64,000 nucleotides of DNA from Sphingobacterium thalpophilum (GCA_945871875.1 CAMBYC010000001.1:7202-71201); one strand, 5' to 3'; positions 30,463 to 41,499 are shown, counted from the first letter of the stretch. Made by a program: numbers and translations. Notes: a model not told the origin generated them from the letters alone.

Positions 30463-30869
30463 GAAGGCCAATTGAAGTACATATTGAGAACCATTTCAGG
30501 GTGTAAACATTCTTTAACGGGGCAAGTTTGAGCTATTTTTTCGAGTGAAATTTGTTCTTCTTGAGTAAAATGAACGTTTTCGTCAAATTTAAATGTTAAA
30601 TTTATAATGCTTATTCTTCGAGGATTGGCAGACATAATTTTTTCAGTTGAAATTGAAGCATTTTTTAATTTAGACTCCGATTCTTTTGCTCGAATAGCCA
30701 TAGTAGTGAGTATACAGCTGGCAAGAGAAGTTGCAATTAGGTCTGTGGGAGAAAATCTTTCCCCCTTTCCCTGGTTGTCGGTTGGAGCATCTGTTTCGAT
30801 TTTGTTGCCAGATTGGAGATGCGTGCAAATGGTTCTTAAATTTCCTTCGTATAAAACTGTTGAAGTCAT
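30459..30869 (-). CDS. OsmC/Ohr-family peroxiredoxin-like protein
   Basis: 136 aa, with FSPTDLIATSLASCILTT and a C-terminal CPV motif (AQTCPVKECL). Confidence 0.8.
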   Translation of the reverse strand: MTSTVLYEGNLRTICTHLQSGNKIETDAPTDNQGKGERFSPTDLIATSLASCILTTMAIRAKESESKLKNASISTEKIMSANPRRISIINLTFKFDENVHFTQEEQISLEKIAQTCPVKECLHPEMVLNMYFNWPS

Positions 30870-30903
30870 GGTTTAATTTTTTTAAATTTACACATAAAGT
30901 AAA

Positions 30904-31713
30904 ATGGAAAACGTGAAAAAAACTGCAATTGTATTTTTTTGTATGATTACAAGCCTTTTGGTAGTAGCCCAAAACAAATCTAAAGAAGATAGTAAGATTG
31001 AAAAACGCCAGCGAGTTAATGAATTGTACAAATTAGAAGAGGAGGGAGAATCTGGATTTAATAGACATTCAATCTTTACTATTAAAGCAAACACAGACGG
31101 TTGGGGAATAGGTTGGGAACTTGGCAAAGTAAAAACAGCTTTTAAAACCACAATTTATCAAATAGAATTTGGTGAGCGAAAGCATAAAAAAGAAGAAAAA
31201 CAAACAAGAACCAATGGTGTTTTGGTTTTTGGCAATCCATTTATTTATGGAAAAGAAAATAATTTTTACCAATTGAAATTGGGTATAGGTGAACAAAGAA
31301 TGATTGGAGGAAAGGGTAATAAAAATGGAGTTGCCGTTTATGGATTGGTTTCGGGAGGTATTTCAGCAGCTTTATTGCGTCCATATTATTTGGAAATCGA
31401 TTATCCAGCTAATTCTGGAAATTCTATCCATATAAAATATAGTCAAGCAGACAGTTTACGATTTATGGGACAAAATATTATTGGTGGTGCAGGAATAAGT
31501 AAAGGATGGAATGAGTTAAAAGTAGTTCCAGGAGTTTACGCTAAAACGGCATTAAGGTTTGATTGGGGAAGATTTAATAGTACAGTTTCTGCGATTGAAA
31601 CAGGATTTAATTTTGAGTATTATACTAGTGGTATTAATCAAATGGTTGGAGTTACTCCCAATAAATTATTTGTAAACGGATACATTTCTCTGCTATTTGG
31701 TAACAGAAAGTAA
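30904..31713 (+). CDS. hypothetical secreted/outer-membrane protein
   Basis: Signal peptide (AIVFFCMITSLLVVAQN). Gly/aromatic-rich beta-strand pattern. Confidence 0.62.
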   Translation: MENVKKTAIVFFCMITSLLVVAQNKSKEDSKIEKRQRVNELYKLEEEGESGFNRHSIFTIKANTDGWGIGWELGKVKTAFKTTIYQIEFGERKHKKEEKQTRTNGVLVFGNPFIYGKENNFYQLKLGIGEQRMIGGKGNKNGVAVYGLVSGGISAALLRPYYLEIDYPANSGNSIHIKYSQADSLRFMGQNIIGGAGISKGWNELKVVPGVYAKTALRFDWGRFNSTVSAIETGFNFEYYTSGINQMVGVTPNKLFVNGYISLLFGNRK

Positions 31714-31745
31714 ACTATTTTTGCTAGTTTTTGTACATATATATT

Positions 31746-32663
31746 ATGATAGAAAATTCAGGAGCACAAATTACAGCAGAAAATAGACAAAAAAAGCCAG
31801 ATTGGCTTAGGGTGAGGCTCCCAACAGGAGAAGGTTATGCAGCAGTAAGAAGTTTGGTTACAACGCATAAATTACACACCATTTGTGAAAGTGGAAATTG
31901 TCCTAATATGGGCGAATGTTGGGGTGCTGGTACCGCCACTTTTATGATTTTGGGCAATACATGTACAAGAAGTTGTGGTTTTTGTGCTGTTGCTACAGGA
32001 AGACCAGCAGCAATTGATTGGGATGAACCACAAAGGGTTGCTGAAGCTATTTTCTTAATGAAGGTAAAGCATGCTGTAATCACTTCAGTAGATAGAGATG
32101 AACTTAAAGATGGTGGCTCAATTGTTTGGTTTAACACCATAAAAGCTGTAAAAGCATTAAATCCTGGCACAACCTTAGAAACATTAATTCCTGATTTTAA
32201 AGGGAACAAAGAAAATATACATAGAATCATTGATGCTGCTCCAGAAGTAGTTTCTCACAACATTGAAACCGTAGAACGCTTAACAAGACAAGTTAGGATA
32301 CAAGCTAAATATTGGCAAAGTATGGAGGTTTTACGTACTTTAAAATCTGGTGGAATGCGCACAAAATCTGGTATTATGTTGGGTTTGGGTGAAACACAAG
32401 ATGAGGTTGTACAAACTATGCGTGATTTGGTGGAAAGTGGGGTAGATGTTGTAACAATTGGGCAATACTTACAGCCCACCAAAAAACATTTGCCCGTCCA
32501 AAGATTTGTTCATCCTGATGAATTCAATTTGTATACCAAAATTGGTTATGAGTTGGGTTTTGATTATGTTGAAAGTGGTCCATTGGTTCGTTCTTCATAC
32601 CATAGTGAAAAACATGTAATTGCTGGAATTGGAAAAGATGAATGGATTAAAAAAGTTCTATAA
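31746..32663 (+). CDS. lipA: lipoyl synthase
   Basis: ATG at 31746. N-terminal auxiliary cluster [12 protein letters not shown] and radical-SAM [10 protein letters not shown]. Confidence 0.95.
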   Translation: MIENSGAQITAENRQKKPDWLRVRLPTGEGYAAVRSLVTTHKLHTICESGNCPNMGECWGAGTATFMILGNTCTRSCGFCAVATGRPAAIDWDEPQRVAEAIFLMKVKHAVITSVDRDELKDGGSIVWFNTIKAVKALNPGTTLETLIPDFKGNKENIHRIIDAAPEVVSHNIETVERLTRQVRIQAKYWQSMEVLRTLKSGGMRTKSGIMLGLGETQDEVVQTMRDLVESGVDVVTIGQYLQPTKKHLPVQRFVHPDEFNLYTKIGYELGFDYVESGPLVRSSYHSEKHVIAGIGKDEWIKKVL

Positions 32664-32664
32664 A

Positions 32665-33615
32665 ATGAAAAATTGTATTTTATTCATATTTTGTTGTTTA
32701 AGCTCAGATCTACTTTTTGCACAACTAAAATGGCAAAAAGTAGATAGTCTTTTTGGAAAACTCCCTAAATCAATACATGTTTTCAAGTCAAATGACTCTT
32801 TAGATGGCAAACCATCAATAGCATTTTATGTTGATGTTAATTTAAAAGACAAATCTTTACAATTTGATACAGATACAACATATAAAAGAAGGTTAACTCC
32901 AGCAGGCTTTTATAAAAAGAATAATATGCCTTATTTAGTAGTAAATGGTACATTTTTTTCTTTTCAGACACAGCAGAACCTCAATGCTATGATAAAAAAT
33001 GGCAAATTAATTGCTTACAATACTTTGAGCATGCCATTAAGAGGGAAAGATACAAGCACTTATTATAAATTTACCCGCAGTGCAATTGGAATATCAAAAA
33101 ATAGAACTGCGGATGTGGCTTGGTTGTTTACTGATAGTACAAAGCGATTTGCAACTGCTTTTGAGGATATGCCTGTAAGTTGGAAAACCCAAAACTTAGA
33201 AAATAGTGAAACTGAATTCATAGACCATAGTAAAGGGTGGCATCATAAATGGAAAATGAAAACTGCAATTGGTGGGGGCCCAACTTTGTTACACAATGGC
33301 AAAATAAATATTACAAATGATTTAGAGCGAATGTTTTCTGGTAAAGGAAAGTTTGATTTGCATCCAAGAACAGCGATGGGATATACAAAAGACAATCATT
33401 TAATTGTTTTGGTTGTAGAAGGAAGAAATAGTCGAGTAGCTGAAGGTGCTAGCTTGCTGCATTTAGCTAATATTTTCATGTCATTAGGTTGTTTAGAAGC
33501 ACTCAACCTTGATGGAGGTGGCAGTAGTTGTTTGTTGGTAAATGGAATTGAAACTATTAAGCCTTCAGACAAAGAAGGCGAGCGCCCTGTTCCTGGAGTA
33601 TTTATTGTGAAATAG
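32665..33615 (+). CDS. phosphodiester glycosidase family protein (DUF2233-like), secreted
   Basis: ATG at 32665 follows directly after the lipA stop (signal peptide MKNCILFIFCCLSSDLLFAQ). C-terminal ALNLDGGGSS motif. Confidence 0.72.
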   Translation: MKNCILFIFCCLSSDLLFAQLKWQKVDSLFGKLPKSIHVFKSNDSLDGKPSIAFYVDVNLKDKSLQFDTDTTYKRRLTPAGFYKKNNMPYLVVNGTFFSFQTQQNLNAMIKNGKLIAYNTLSMPLRGKDTSTYYKFTRSAIGISKNRTADVAWLFTDSTKRFATAFEDMPVSWKTQNLENSETEFIDHSKGWHHKWKMKTAIGGGPTLLHNGKINITNDLERMFSGKGKFDLHPRTAMGYTKDNHLIVLVVEGRNSRVAEGASLLHLANIFMSLGCLEALNLDGGGSSCLLVNGIETIKPSDKEGERPVPGVFIVK

Positions 33616-33729
33616 CTAAAAAAATCTATTACGAGCTTCGAATCAATATAAAAATAATTCTAGACGTTTAATAGAATATATCCCTTAACAGTTGAATTTT
33701 AATATTTTAATACCTATCATCTAGGTTTC

Positions 33730-33759
33730 AAAACTCCATTTTCCAATGGAGTTTTTTTA
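33730..33759 (+). terminator. intrinsic terminator
   Basis: AAAACTCCATT / AATGGAGTTTT stem, loop TTCC, then a T-run. Confidence 0.75.
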
Positions 33760-33999
33760 TTTTCTTAACCTACATTTTTTCAAGAAGTTTTCAATAAGTG
33801 TTGATTAGAAATTGAAAAATATATATAAAACATTGCTAATGAGAAAAATACTAAAAAAATATGGTGTTTTCACTGATTTGCACTTTTATGAATAATTTAA
33901 TTTTAATTAGAATTTGAAAGGTACAATATAATGGTTTTCCTGGGCAACCCTTGTATTGAGTCTGTTAAATTTTTTTAAAAAACTTTAAAACAGAAAAAA

Positions 34000-35394
34000 A
34001 TGAAAACACTAAGAAAAAAGGTGTGTGTGGTTTTGGTAGCAATTGTTCTAATTTCAAGTTCTTGTAGTAAAGAGATCCCTAGAAATCCAGACTTACAAAC
34101 TCCAAATGGGTTATCGCCAAAGAATATGGCAATCAAAAGTAGATTAGAGCAACGTGCATTAATAACGACTACCGTAATGAAGGATAATGAAATTGTCAAA
34201 CTTTTTGTAAAAGCAGTTAAAAATAAAATTGCTGCAGATAAAATGAATGAGGAGGCAATTACATTTAAAGAAATACTTGATGAGCAACCTGCTTATGTAA
34301 GCAATTTTGCAAAAAAATTCAAAGAGAAATTTGGAGAAGTTTATTATGCACATAATTATTTTAGAGCCAATAAATTTCCGGTTCCGCTACAGCCCATTCC
34401 AACTACAAAGAGCGGAAGCTCAAGTGTTTCAAGTCAATTTTATAATGACTTATTTTCAGATAATGATGGAACCCAAATTTATTTTCCATATTCAGAAAAC
34501 TTTAGTCAAGTAGATATTTTAAGTCCAGCAATCACCTATTATCCTTTGCAAGAAGTTGAAGATGTTGAAGCGTATCAAAATGACGAAAATGAAGATGATA
34601 ATGTGTTAACGTTCATTGCAAATGAATTGTATGCTAAGAATAATCCAACTTTTGTTTTAAACATCAATGAAATTGGAAATATTAAAAGTCCTTTGATAGA
34701 TAATACGCTTTCAGACCCTACTAATAGATTACAAAATAGAAGAATAGAAAACAATGTCTTGTCTGATACATTAGATGATAAATATGTTTTATCTGTATAT
34801 ATTCCTAAAGTTAAACTTTTGAAGAATTTCAGAACTTGGCTGGGGGGGAGCAACTACTTTGTAATGATACAATGTTATGCGAAACCTAATTATTTAGTGG
34901 TTAATCCTCAACCTACATTAAATCCAATTGGAGTAAATGAACGATATGTTTGTAAAGATTTTAAAATTCGAAGAAAATATATGGGTGATTGGGTTGATTG
35001 CAATTTAATATACAATGATGATTGGAAGTTAGAACAGTACGATAATCCAATGCTTATTTATTCTAAACAAGGTTGGTTTTACAATTCCAATGGAGAAGCA
35101 AACATCAATGTAACAGCCGGTTTACGGATAGATACCACAAGAAATAATTTTGGTAACATTAGTTACCTGATGGTTCCTACTTTTAATGCAGGAGTCTCAG
35201 TTGGATTTAAGGTCGTTCTTGGATCGCAATATGAATTTAGAGGTTCAGATTACATAACAAGGAGGGGAATGCTAGCAAATATTGTCAATGATAATTTTGG
35301 CAATGGAACCTTGAAATATGATAACATTAATTATACTGTCCGAAAAATAAGCGATTGTTTACAATATGCCTTTGTAGTTAACGAAAGTCATTAA
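34000..35394 (+). CDS. hypothetical lipoprotein (orphan)
   Basis: Signal peptide with Cys (VLVAIVLISSSC-SKE), an acidic low-complexity centre (QEVEDVEAYQNDENEDDN) and a beta-rich C-terminal half. I recognise no family. Confidence 0.68.
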   Translation: MKTLRKKVCVVLVAIVLISSSCSKEIPRNPDLQTPNGLSPKNMAIKSRLEQRALITTTVMKDNEIVKLFVKAVKNKIAADKMNEEAITFKEILDEQPAYVSNFAKKFKEKFGEVYYAHNYFRANKFPVPLQPIPTTKSGSSSVSSQFYNDLFSDNDGTQIYFPYSENFSQVDILSPAITYYPLQEVEDVEAYQNDENEDDNVLTFIANELYAKNNPTFVLNINEIGNIKSPLIDNTLSDPTNRLQNRRIENNVLSDTLDDKYVLSVYIPKVKLLKNFRTWLGGSNYFVMIQCYAKPNYLVVNPQPTLNPIGVNERYVCKDFKIRRKYMGDWVDCNLIYNDDWKLEQYDNPMLIYSKQGWFYNSNGEANINVTAGLRIDTTRNNFGNISYLMVPTFNAGVSVGFKVVLGSQYEFRGSDYITRRGMLANIVNDNFGNGTLKYDNINYTVRKISDCLQYAFVVNESH

Positions 35395-35443
35395 ATTTTT
35401 CTCTAACCAACCACCATTAAAGTGTGGGATAAAATTTCAAACA

Positions 35444-36166
35444 ATGATCAAAAATGCAATTTTAGTAAGTTTTATGTCATTAGTAGCAAGTATTAATTGT
35501 TATGCACAACAACACAAGCCTATCAGTGTTGAATTCGTTTCAGGGTACAATAATGCTACAATCTCAAAAGGCATGAAAGGGTTTTATATTCAAACAGGTG
35601 CTTTAAAAGAAGGACTCTCTTTTTTAAATTACAGAGTATCGCTTGGTATAGCAAAATCTTCAAGTTTTCCAAATGGTTTTGACAGTGATTGTGCACCTTA
35701 CGATGCCAAAGATAGTTTAAGGGCTATCAATAGTAAAATTGGAGGGTTGATAAAGTTAGTAAAATCACTTGGTGCAGAACGCATCGGAACATTTGAACTT
35801 GAGGAAGCTACTAATATTTATTTGGGTATTAATGCAGATATAAAATTATTAAGATTAAAAAAGAATATCTCAGTGTGGGGTACATTAGGAACTAATTTTC
35901 AAAATACTTTTGGAACTACATTGTACATAAAAGAATCATTTTTTGTAAATGGTAAATTGTATGAATTTACTCCTGCAACTACATTTAATGCTGAAAATGT
36001 AATTAGTTTTAATGTTGGTTGTAGAATCAAGTATGATTTAAATAATAGCACTTCCATATTATTGAATTGTGAGAAGTTTTTTGGAGATAATGGTAAGGGA
36101 AATTTTAATAAATCAGAATTTATAAATCTGGGAGTAGGTATTTCTAAACAGTTGAATTTTCAATAA
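35444..36166 (+). CDS. hypothetical secreted protein, possible small outer-membrane beta-barrel
   Basis: Signal peptide MIKNAILVSFMSLVASINCYAQQ. Alternating hydrophobic pattern and near-C-terminal aromatic residue (QLNFQ). Confidence 0.62.
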   Translation: MIKNAILVSFMSLVASINCYAQQHKPISVEFVSGYNNATISKGMKGFYIQTGALKEGLSFLNYRVSLGIAKSSSFPNGFDSDCAPYDAKDSLRAINSKIGGLIKLVKSLGAERIGTFELEEATNIYLGINADIKLLRLKKNISVWGTLGTNFQNTFGTTLYIKESFFVNGKLYEFTPATTFNAENVISFNVGCRIKYDLNNSTSILLNCEKFFGDNGKGNFNKSEFINLGVGISKQLNFQ

Positions 36167-36221
36167 ATAATGAGTTAGTTTATTTGTAAATTTAAATTTT
36201 TATAAAATTCTTAAGTTTCTT

Positions 36222-36265
36222 AAATGCAAAAAGAGTTATCAATTTTGATAACTCTTTTTGCATTT
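36222..36265. terminator. bidirectional terminator hairpin between convergent genes
   Basis: Perfect ~20-bp stem AAATGCAAAAAGAGTTATCA / TGATAACTCTTTTTGCATTT with a tiny loop. Confidence 0.75.
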
Positions 36266-36301
36266 AAAGTTTATATTTTTAAATATTATTGTATTTAATA
36301 A

Positions 36302-38260
36302 TTAATTTAAGTTAGACAATGAAATATTTTTTTGAAACTCTTCATTTGTTTTCTTAACAGACTCTTTAGATTTAATTAATCTTACATTTGATACAACATG
36401 ATCTTGACGCTCATAATTGTATTCAGGAACAATACTTTTTATTTGGTTTCTTAATGAAGCCACTTGTTGATTTTGTGCAAGTTCTAACAAGCTTGTATAG
36501 TTGTTTATGAAATCTACAGGCACATCACATTTTAAAGCTTTCAAAATTTTTGGATGGTGAGTCGAAACCAAGTTTTCTGAATCTTTAAATAACTCTTCAA
36601 ACATTTTTTCTCCTGGGCGTAAACCTTGGAAAACAATATCAATGTCTTTACCATAACGCATTCCAGACAATTCAATCATTTTTTTAGCAAGGTCAACAAT
36701 TTTAACCGGCTTACCCATATCAAAGACAAATATTTCACCACCATTTCCCATGATACCAGCCTCTAAAACAAGATTACTTGCTTCTGGAATTGTCATAAAA
36801 TATCTTGTAATATCAGGGTGAGTTACTGTAAGTGGTCCACCTTTTTCTATTTGTCTTTTAAACAAAGGTACAACTGAACCATTTGAACCTAATACATTAC
36901 CAAATCTAGTGGTTATAAACTGTGTTCCACCTTGATTGTTCATTGATTGAACATACATTTCAGCTATTCGCTTTGTAGCCCCCATAATATTGGTAGGGTT
37001 TACCGCTTTGTCAGTAGAAATCATGACAAATTTCTTAACACCATATTTGTATGCAGCATCAGCAACAATCTTTGTTCCTTTTACATTTGTACTTACTACC
37101 TCGTATGGGAAATACTCTAGAATTGGTACATGCTTATATGCTGCTGCATGAAAAACAAACTGTGGTTTGTAGTTACGCATTATTGCATTTACTCTGTCTG
37201 CGTCTCTAATACTTGCTAATTCCATACAAAAATCAATAGACTCATTTTGCTCAGTTAACTCATGTACAATGTCATGTAAACCTGTTTCTGACTGATCAAG
37301 TAAAACTAATCTTGTTAAATTGTATTTGCTAAGTTGACGACAAATTTCTGATCCAATACTTCCTGCTGCGCCAGTAACCAATACAGTAGTTTTTTCAAAT
37401 TCTTTTTGAGAGTTTTCGTTTAAAACTTGAATAACCTCTCTTTCCAACAATGATTCAATAGTTAGCTCTTTTACTTGTCTTGGTTTAAAGCTTCCATTTG
37501 TCCAACTTGATAATGGTGGAACTGTAGAAAGGCGTACACCAATTTCAGCACACATCGTAGCTAAATCTGATTTCTTATCTGTAGAAATTTCTGCTGCAAG
37601 AATAATTTCCTTAATCTGAAATCTGTTAATTAATTTTTTTAGAGAATTTAAATCTCCAGAAACAACATTTAAACCATTTAATGTTTTTCCAATTCTTTTT
37701 ACATCATCATCAATGAATGCAATAACAGTTGTTTTATTTTTGCCATCTAATTCAATTGATTTTTTTGATGCTAAACCCTTTGCTCCAGCACCATAAACCA
37801 AAACATTGTTAGAAGCTTTTGATTCTTTAAAGTATCTACCGTAAATTTCTTTAACCAATAACCTAAATCCTATCATAAATAAGCTAACCAATAGCAAATT
37901 TATCACCATTATGTAGGGCACATTTTCCAATGGGGTAATTAGATTTGCAACCATTTGATGTAATGTTAACCAGCAAACAAATTGGAAAACAGAAAATTTT
38001 AAAATTGTGTAAACATCTCTAAATTCAGAATATCGAATAATTCCAGTATGTGTCTTAAAAAGCAACATACCAAAAGTGGTGATTGCCACATTAATAAAAA
38101 CTAATAGTCCAAAAGAAGTGTCATGTACATTCAAATTATTACTTAAAGATGCCGAAATAACGAAAGAACAAATTAATGACATGAGGACTAAAACTTGCTC
38201 AAGAGAAAAGATTATCCATTTAGAAGTAATCTTTGTGAAAGGATTAAAATACTTAGACAT
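36302..38260 (-). CDS. membrane-anchored polysaccharide biosynthesis protein, CapD/WbpM/PglF-like NDP-sugar 4,6-dehydratase
   Basis: N-terminal TM helices and two Rossmann motifs (VYGAGAKG, VTGAAGSIGSE). Catalytic region AAAYKHVP. Confidence 0.9.
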   Translation of the reverse strand: MSKYFNPFTKITSKWIIFSLEQVLVLMSLICSFVISASLSNNLNVHDTSFGLLVFINVAITTFGMLLFKTHTGIIRYSEFRDVYTILKFSVFQFVCWLTLHQMVANLITPLENVPYIMVINLLLVSLFMIGFRLLVKEIYGRYFKESKASNNVLVYGAGAKGLASKKSIELDGKNKTTVIAFIDDDVKRIGKTLNGLNVVSGDLNSLKKLINRFQIKEIILAAEISTDKKSDLATMCAEIGVRLSTVPPLSSWTNGSFKPRQVKELTIESLLEREVIQVLNENSQKEFEKTTVLVTGAAGSIGSEICRQLSKYNLTRLVLLDQSETGLHDIVHELTEQNESIDFCMELASIRDADRVNAIMRNYKPQFVFHAAAYKHVPILEYFPYEVVSTNVKGTKIVADAAYKYGVKKFVMISTDKAVNPTNIMGATKRIAEMYVQSMNNQGGTQFITTRFGNVLGSNGSVVPLFKRQIEKGGPLTVTHPDITRYFMTIPEASNLVLEAGIMGNGGEIFVFDMGKPVKIVDLAKKMIELSGMRYGKDIDIVFQGLRPGEKMFEELFKDSENLVSTHHPKILKALKCDVPVDFINNYTSLLELAQNQQVASLRNQIKSIVPEYNYERQDHVVSNVRLIKSKESVKKTNEEFQKNISLSNLN

Positions 38261-38538
38261 AGGGGTTCAAAGTTTCGAATGACGGTTAAAAAATTAGTTC
38301 TGGAATTTCCAGTGGTTTGAATGGATTGGATTCAGTCGAAATTTGGTTCTTTGTCGAATTGATTGGATTTTTTATAAGCTGCTTACGATTACATAATGCT
38401 AAAGTATAAATACTTACTTATATTGCGAAGTTTTACGCTTTATTGATTTAAAAATATACTTATATTAGTAGTATATTTTTATAACAATTTGAAAATATTT
38501 TAAAATTAACTGATATTAAAATTAAAAATTTGTTTTAT

Positions 38539-39189
38539 TTAGGAAATATACTTAAGTTGATTTATGATATCAGTAGGATTTGTTGCTGAAAACACGGTAT
38601 TTCCTGCAACCAATACATTTGCACCTGCATCAACTATTGATTTTGCATTAATCATATTTACACCGCCATCTATTTCAATTAACAAATCTGGTCTTAATTC
38701 ATCTGCAATTTTTCTTAGCCTTGAAATCTTTGAAAGTGTTTGTGGTATAAACTGTTGCCCACCGAAACCTGGATTTACGCTCATTAAGCAAACCATGTCA
38801 ATTGATGGTAAAATGTCAATTAGCAAATCTATTGAAGTGTGCGGATTTAATGCCACCCCAGCTTTCATTCCCAATTGATGAATCTGCTGAATATTTCTAT
38901 GTAAATGAGGACAAGCTTCTATATGTATTGTTAAAATATCCGCTCCCGCATTTTTAAAGTCTGCAATATATTTTCCTGGATCTTCTATCATTAAATGAAC
39001 ATCACAAATTTTTGTAGTTGCTTTTCTGATTGCTGCTATAACAGGCAACCCAAAACTAATGTTAGGAACAAATCTACCATCCATAACATCTAAGTGAAAC
39101 CAATCTGCTTCACTATTGTTGAGCATATTACAATCTGTCTGTAAATCAATAAAATTTGCTGAAAGTAAAGAGGGTGCTATAATCGGCAT
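38539..39189 (-). CDS. rpe: ribulose-phosphate 3-epimerase
   Basis: IAPSLLSANF, HLDVMDGRFVPN, VNPGFGGQ. Confidence 0.93.
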   Translation of the reverse strand: MPIIAPSLLSANFIDLQTDCNMLNNSEADWFHLDVMDGRFVPNISFGLPVIAAIRKATTKICDVHLMIEDPGKYIADFKNAGADILTIHIEACPHLHRNIQQIHQLGMKAGVALNPHTSIDLLIDILPSIDMVCLMSVNPGFGGQQFIPQTLSKISRLRKIADELRPDLLIEIDGGVNMINAKSIVDAGANVLVAGNTVFSATNPTDIINQLKYIS

Positions 39190-39428
39190 GTTGTAAAGGT
39201 AACAAACACATTATTATTCCCCAATTGTTAAATGTTTTTGTTTTTTGTAGAATCATAATATAAATTTTTACAAATCATTTAATTCTCTAAAACTTATTTA
39301 AGTGCCAAACATTAAATTATAAACAAAACACCATTAGTCTATTTTTTTCAAAGATTTTTTTTATCTAGTATTGTTTGTTGATTTACTCATAATTTTATGT
39401 TTTATTTTTCTTTCTATAAGATAAATCT

Positions 39429-40532
39429 ATGAAGTTATTATTTGTTCTTTTTGTTTCTTTAGCATTATTTGTTAATAATTTTTCAAGTTCTAGCCGATCT
39501 CTTTATAGTTTTATAAAGGATAATTCGTCTGATACCGTTCAATATCCTGAAGAATCTCATTTGAGAAATGTTAGACAATTGACATTTGGTGGTGACAACG
39601 CTGAAGCGTATTTTAGTTTTGATAACAAGTTTCTTGTTTTTCAAAAAACAAACCCTAAAGAAGGAATACTTTGCGATCAAATTTATTTTGGGAAATTGCC
39701 AACCTCTGCAAATGAATCTTTTGTTACAAAAAAAATAAGCACAGGAACTGGTAGAACAACTTGTCCCTTTTTTTTAAAAGACGGAAAACACATCCTCTTT
39801 GCATCAACCCATTTGGGAAGTGCTGATTGTCCTCCAGTTCCAGATCGAACCAAATATGGTAATAAATATATATGGCCATTGTATGCTGACATGGATATTT
39901 TTATTGCCGATACTTCTGGTAAAATAGTTAAACAACTCACCAAAACTCCTGGTTATGATGCAGAGGCAACCCTTTCTCCTGATGGAAAGAAGATAATTTT
40001 TACTAGTTTAAGAGACGGAGATATTGATTTGTATTTGATGGATTTACAAACTACCCAAACAACAAGAATTACTAATACATTGGGTTATGATGGTGGTGCT
40101 TGGTTTAGTTCTGACGGAAAAAAAATAATTTGGCGGGCTTCAAGGCCCACAACACCTGAAGATATTAAATCATACAAAGATTTATTGTCTGAAAATATGG
40201 TGGCTCCAACTCAAATGGAAGTTTTTACAGCAGATGCTGATGGAAAAAATCAGAAACAAATTACAAAGCTTGGACAAGCCAATTGGGCTCCTGTTTTTAT
40301 GCCTGATAGCAAAAGAATTCTTTTTGCATCTAACCATGAATATAAAAGAGGTTTTCCATTTAATTTATATCTATTAAACATAGATGGTTCTTTGGAAAAA
40401 GTTAGTAGAGATAAAGGTTTTGATGCCTTTCCGATGTTTTCTCCTAATGGCAAGAAGATTGTATTTTGCAGCAATAGAAACAATGGTGGAACTCGTGATA
40501 CCAATATATTTATCGCTGATTGGGTAGAATAG
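39429..40532 (+). CDS. TolB-like PD40/WD40 beta-propeller protein, secreted
   Basis: Signal peptide and repeated PD40 motifs (SPDGKKIIFTS, SSDGKKIIW, SPNGKKIVFCS). Confidence 0.8.
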   Translation: MKLLFVLFVSLALFVNNFSSSSRSLYSFIKDNSSDTVQYPEESHLRNVRQLTFGGDNAEAYFSFDNKFLVFQKTNPKEGILCDQIYFGKLPTSANESFVTKKISTGTGRTTCPFFLKDGKHILFASTHLGSADCPPVPDRTKYGNKYIWPLYADMDIFIADTSGKIVKQLTKTPGYDAEATLSPDGKKIIFTSLRDGDIDLYLMDLQTTQTTRITNTLGYDGGAWFSSDGKKIIWRASRPTTPEDIKSYKDLLSENMVAPTQMEVFTADADGKNQKQITKLGQANWAPVFMPDSKRILFASNHEYKRGFPFNLYLLNIDGSLEKVSRDKGFDAFPMFSPNGKKIVFCSNRNNGGTRDTNIFIADWVE

Positions 40533-40569
40533 TTTTCCTTACTTTTTATCTTTACAAATTATTTTATAC

Positions 40570-41499
40570 ATGTATTCAATATTAACTATTACCCTAAATC
40601 CTTCTATTGATAAAAATTACAATGTTGACAAATTAATTCCCGAACATAAATTGAGAGTAGCAAATCCAAGGGTTGATGCTGGTGGTGGTGGAATTAATGT
40701 TTCTAAAGGGATAAGCAAATTAGGAGGGAAATCTACCATTTTGACTTTAACCGGTGGAAGGAATGGTGATTTGTTAAACGAATTGATAAAGAAAGAAGAT
40801 ATTGAATTGATTGCAATTAATCTTCAAGAAGAAACTAGAGAAAGCATTGTTATTTCAGAACAATTGAGTAATCAACAGTTCAGAATTGTTGTAGATGGAC
40901 CAACTATTTCAAGTCAAACAGCTGATTTAATACTTGAAACCATCAATAAGATTAATCCATTTCCGGAAATAGTGGTTGCAAGTGGTTCTTTGCCAAAAGG
41001 GTTGAAATATGATTTTTATGCTCAGATTGGTAAGATTGTAGAGAAAAAAGGATCAAAATATATAGTAGATACTTCTGGCGAACCTCTGTTGAAAGCAGTT
41101 GAGCAAGGTGTTTATTTAGTAAAGCCTAATCTTTTAGAATTAAGCAAGCTGTCGGGTTCTGCTGAATTAGAATTAGATGATGTTGATGATGCAGCAATGG
41201 AATTGATTAAAATGGGAAAATGTGAAGTTGTTGTTGTTTCAATGGGAGCCTCAGGTGCTATGTTGGTTACAAAAAACGAATGTGAACGCATTGTTGCACC
41301 AAATGTAAAGAGAAAAAGCACGGTTGGCGCAGGCGATAGTATGGTTGCCGGTATGGTTTGGGGAATGCAACAAGGATTTAACTTCAAACAAATGATAAGA
41401 ATTGGTGTTGCCTGTGGTTCTGCTGCAACTTTAAATGAAGGTACTCAGTTATTTAAAAAAGAGGATGCCGATCGTTTATATAAATGGCTGTCGCGTTAA
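40570..41499 (+). CDS. PfkB-family hexose/1-phosphofructokinase
   Basis: TLNPSID start, GGGGINVS, C-terminal GAGDSMVAG. Confidence 0.85.
   Translation: MYSILTITLNPSIDKNYNVDKLIPEHKLRVANPRVDAGGGGINVSKGISKLGGKSTILTLTGGRNGDLLNELIKKEDIELIAINLQEETRESIVISEQLSNQQFRIVVDGPTISSQTADLILETINKINPFPEIVVASGSLPKGLKYDFYAQIGKIVEKKGSKYIVDTSGEPLLKAVEQGVYLVKPNLLELSKLSGSAELELDDVDDAAMELIKMGKCEVVVVSMGASGAMLVTKNECERIVAPNVKRKSTVGAGDSMVAGMVWGMQQGFNFKQMIRIGVACGSAATLNEGTQLFKKEDADRLYKWLSR

Noticed and set aside
38300-38375. TGGATTGGATT and TTGATTGGATTTTTT motifs upstream of the capD-like gene resemble the 27-bp array unit. The region also has a small CTGGAATTTCCAG palindrome and a GTCGAA(A)TT direct repeat.
   Set aside because: The same 10-mer (TGGATTGGAT) also occurs inside the TonB-receptor coding sequence near 13224, so a chance match cannot be excluded without a genome-wide count.
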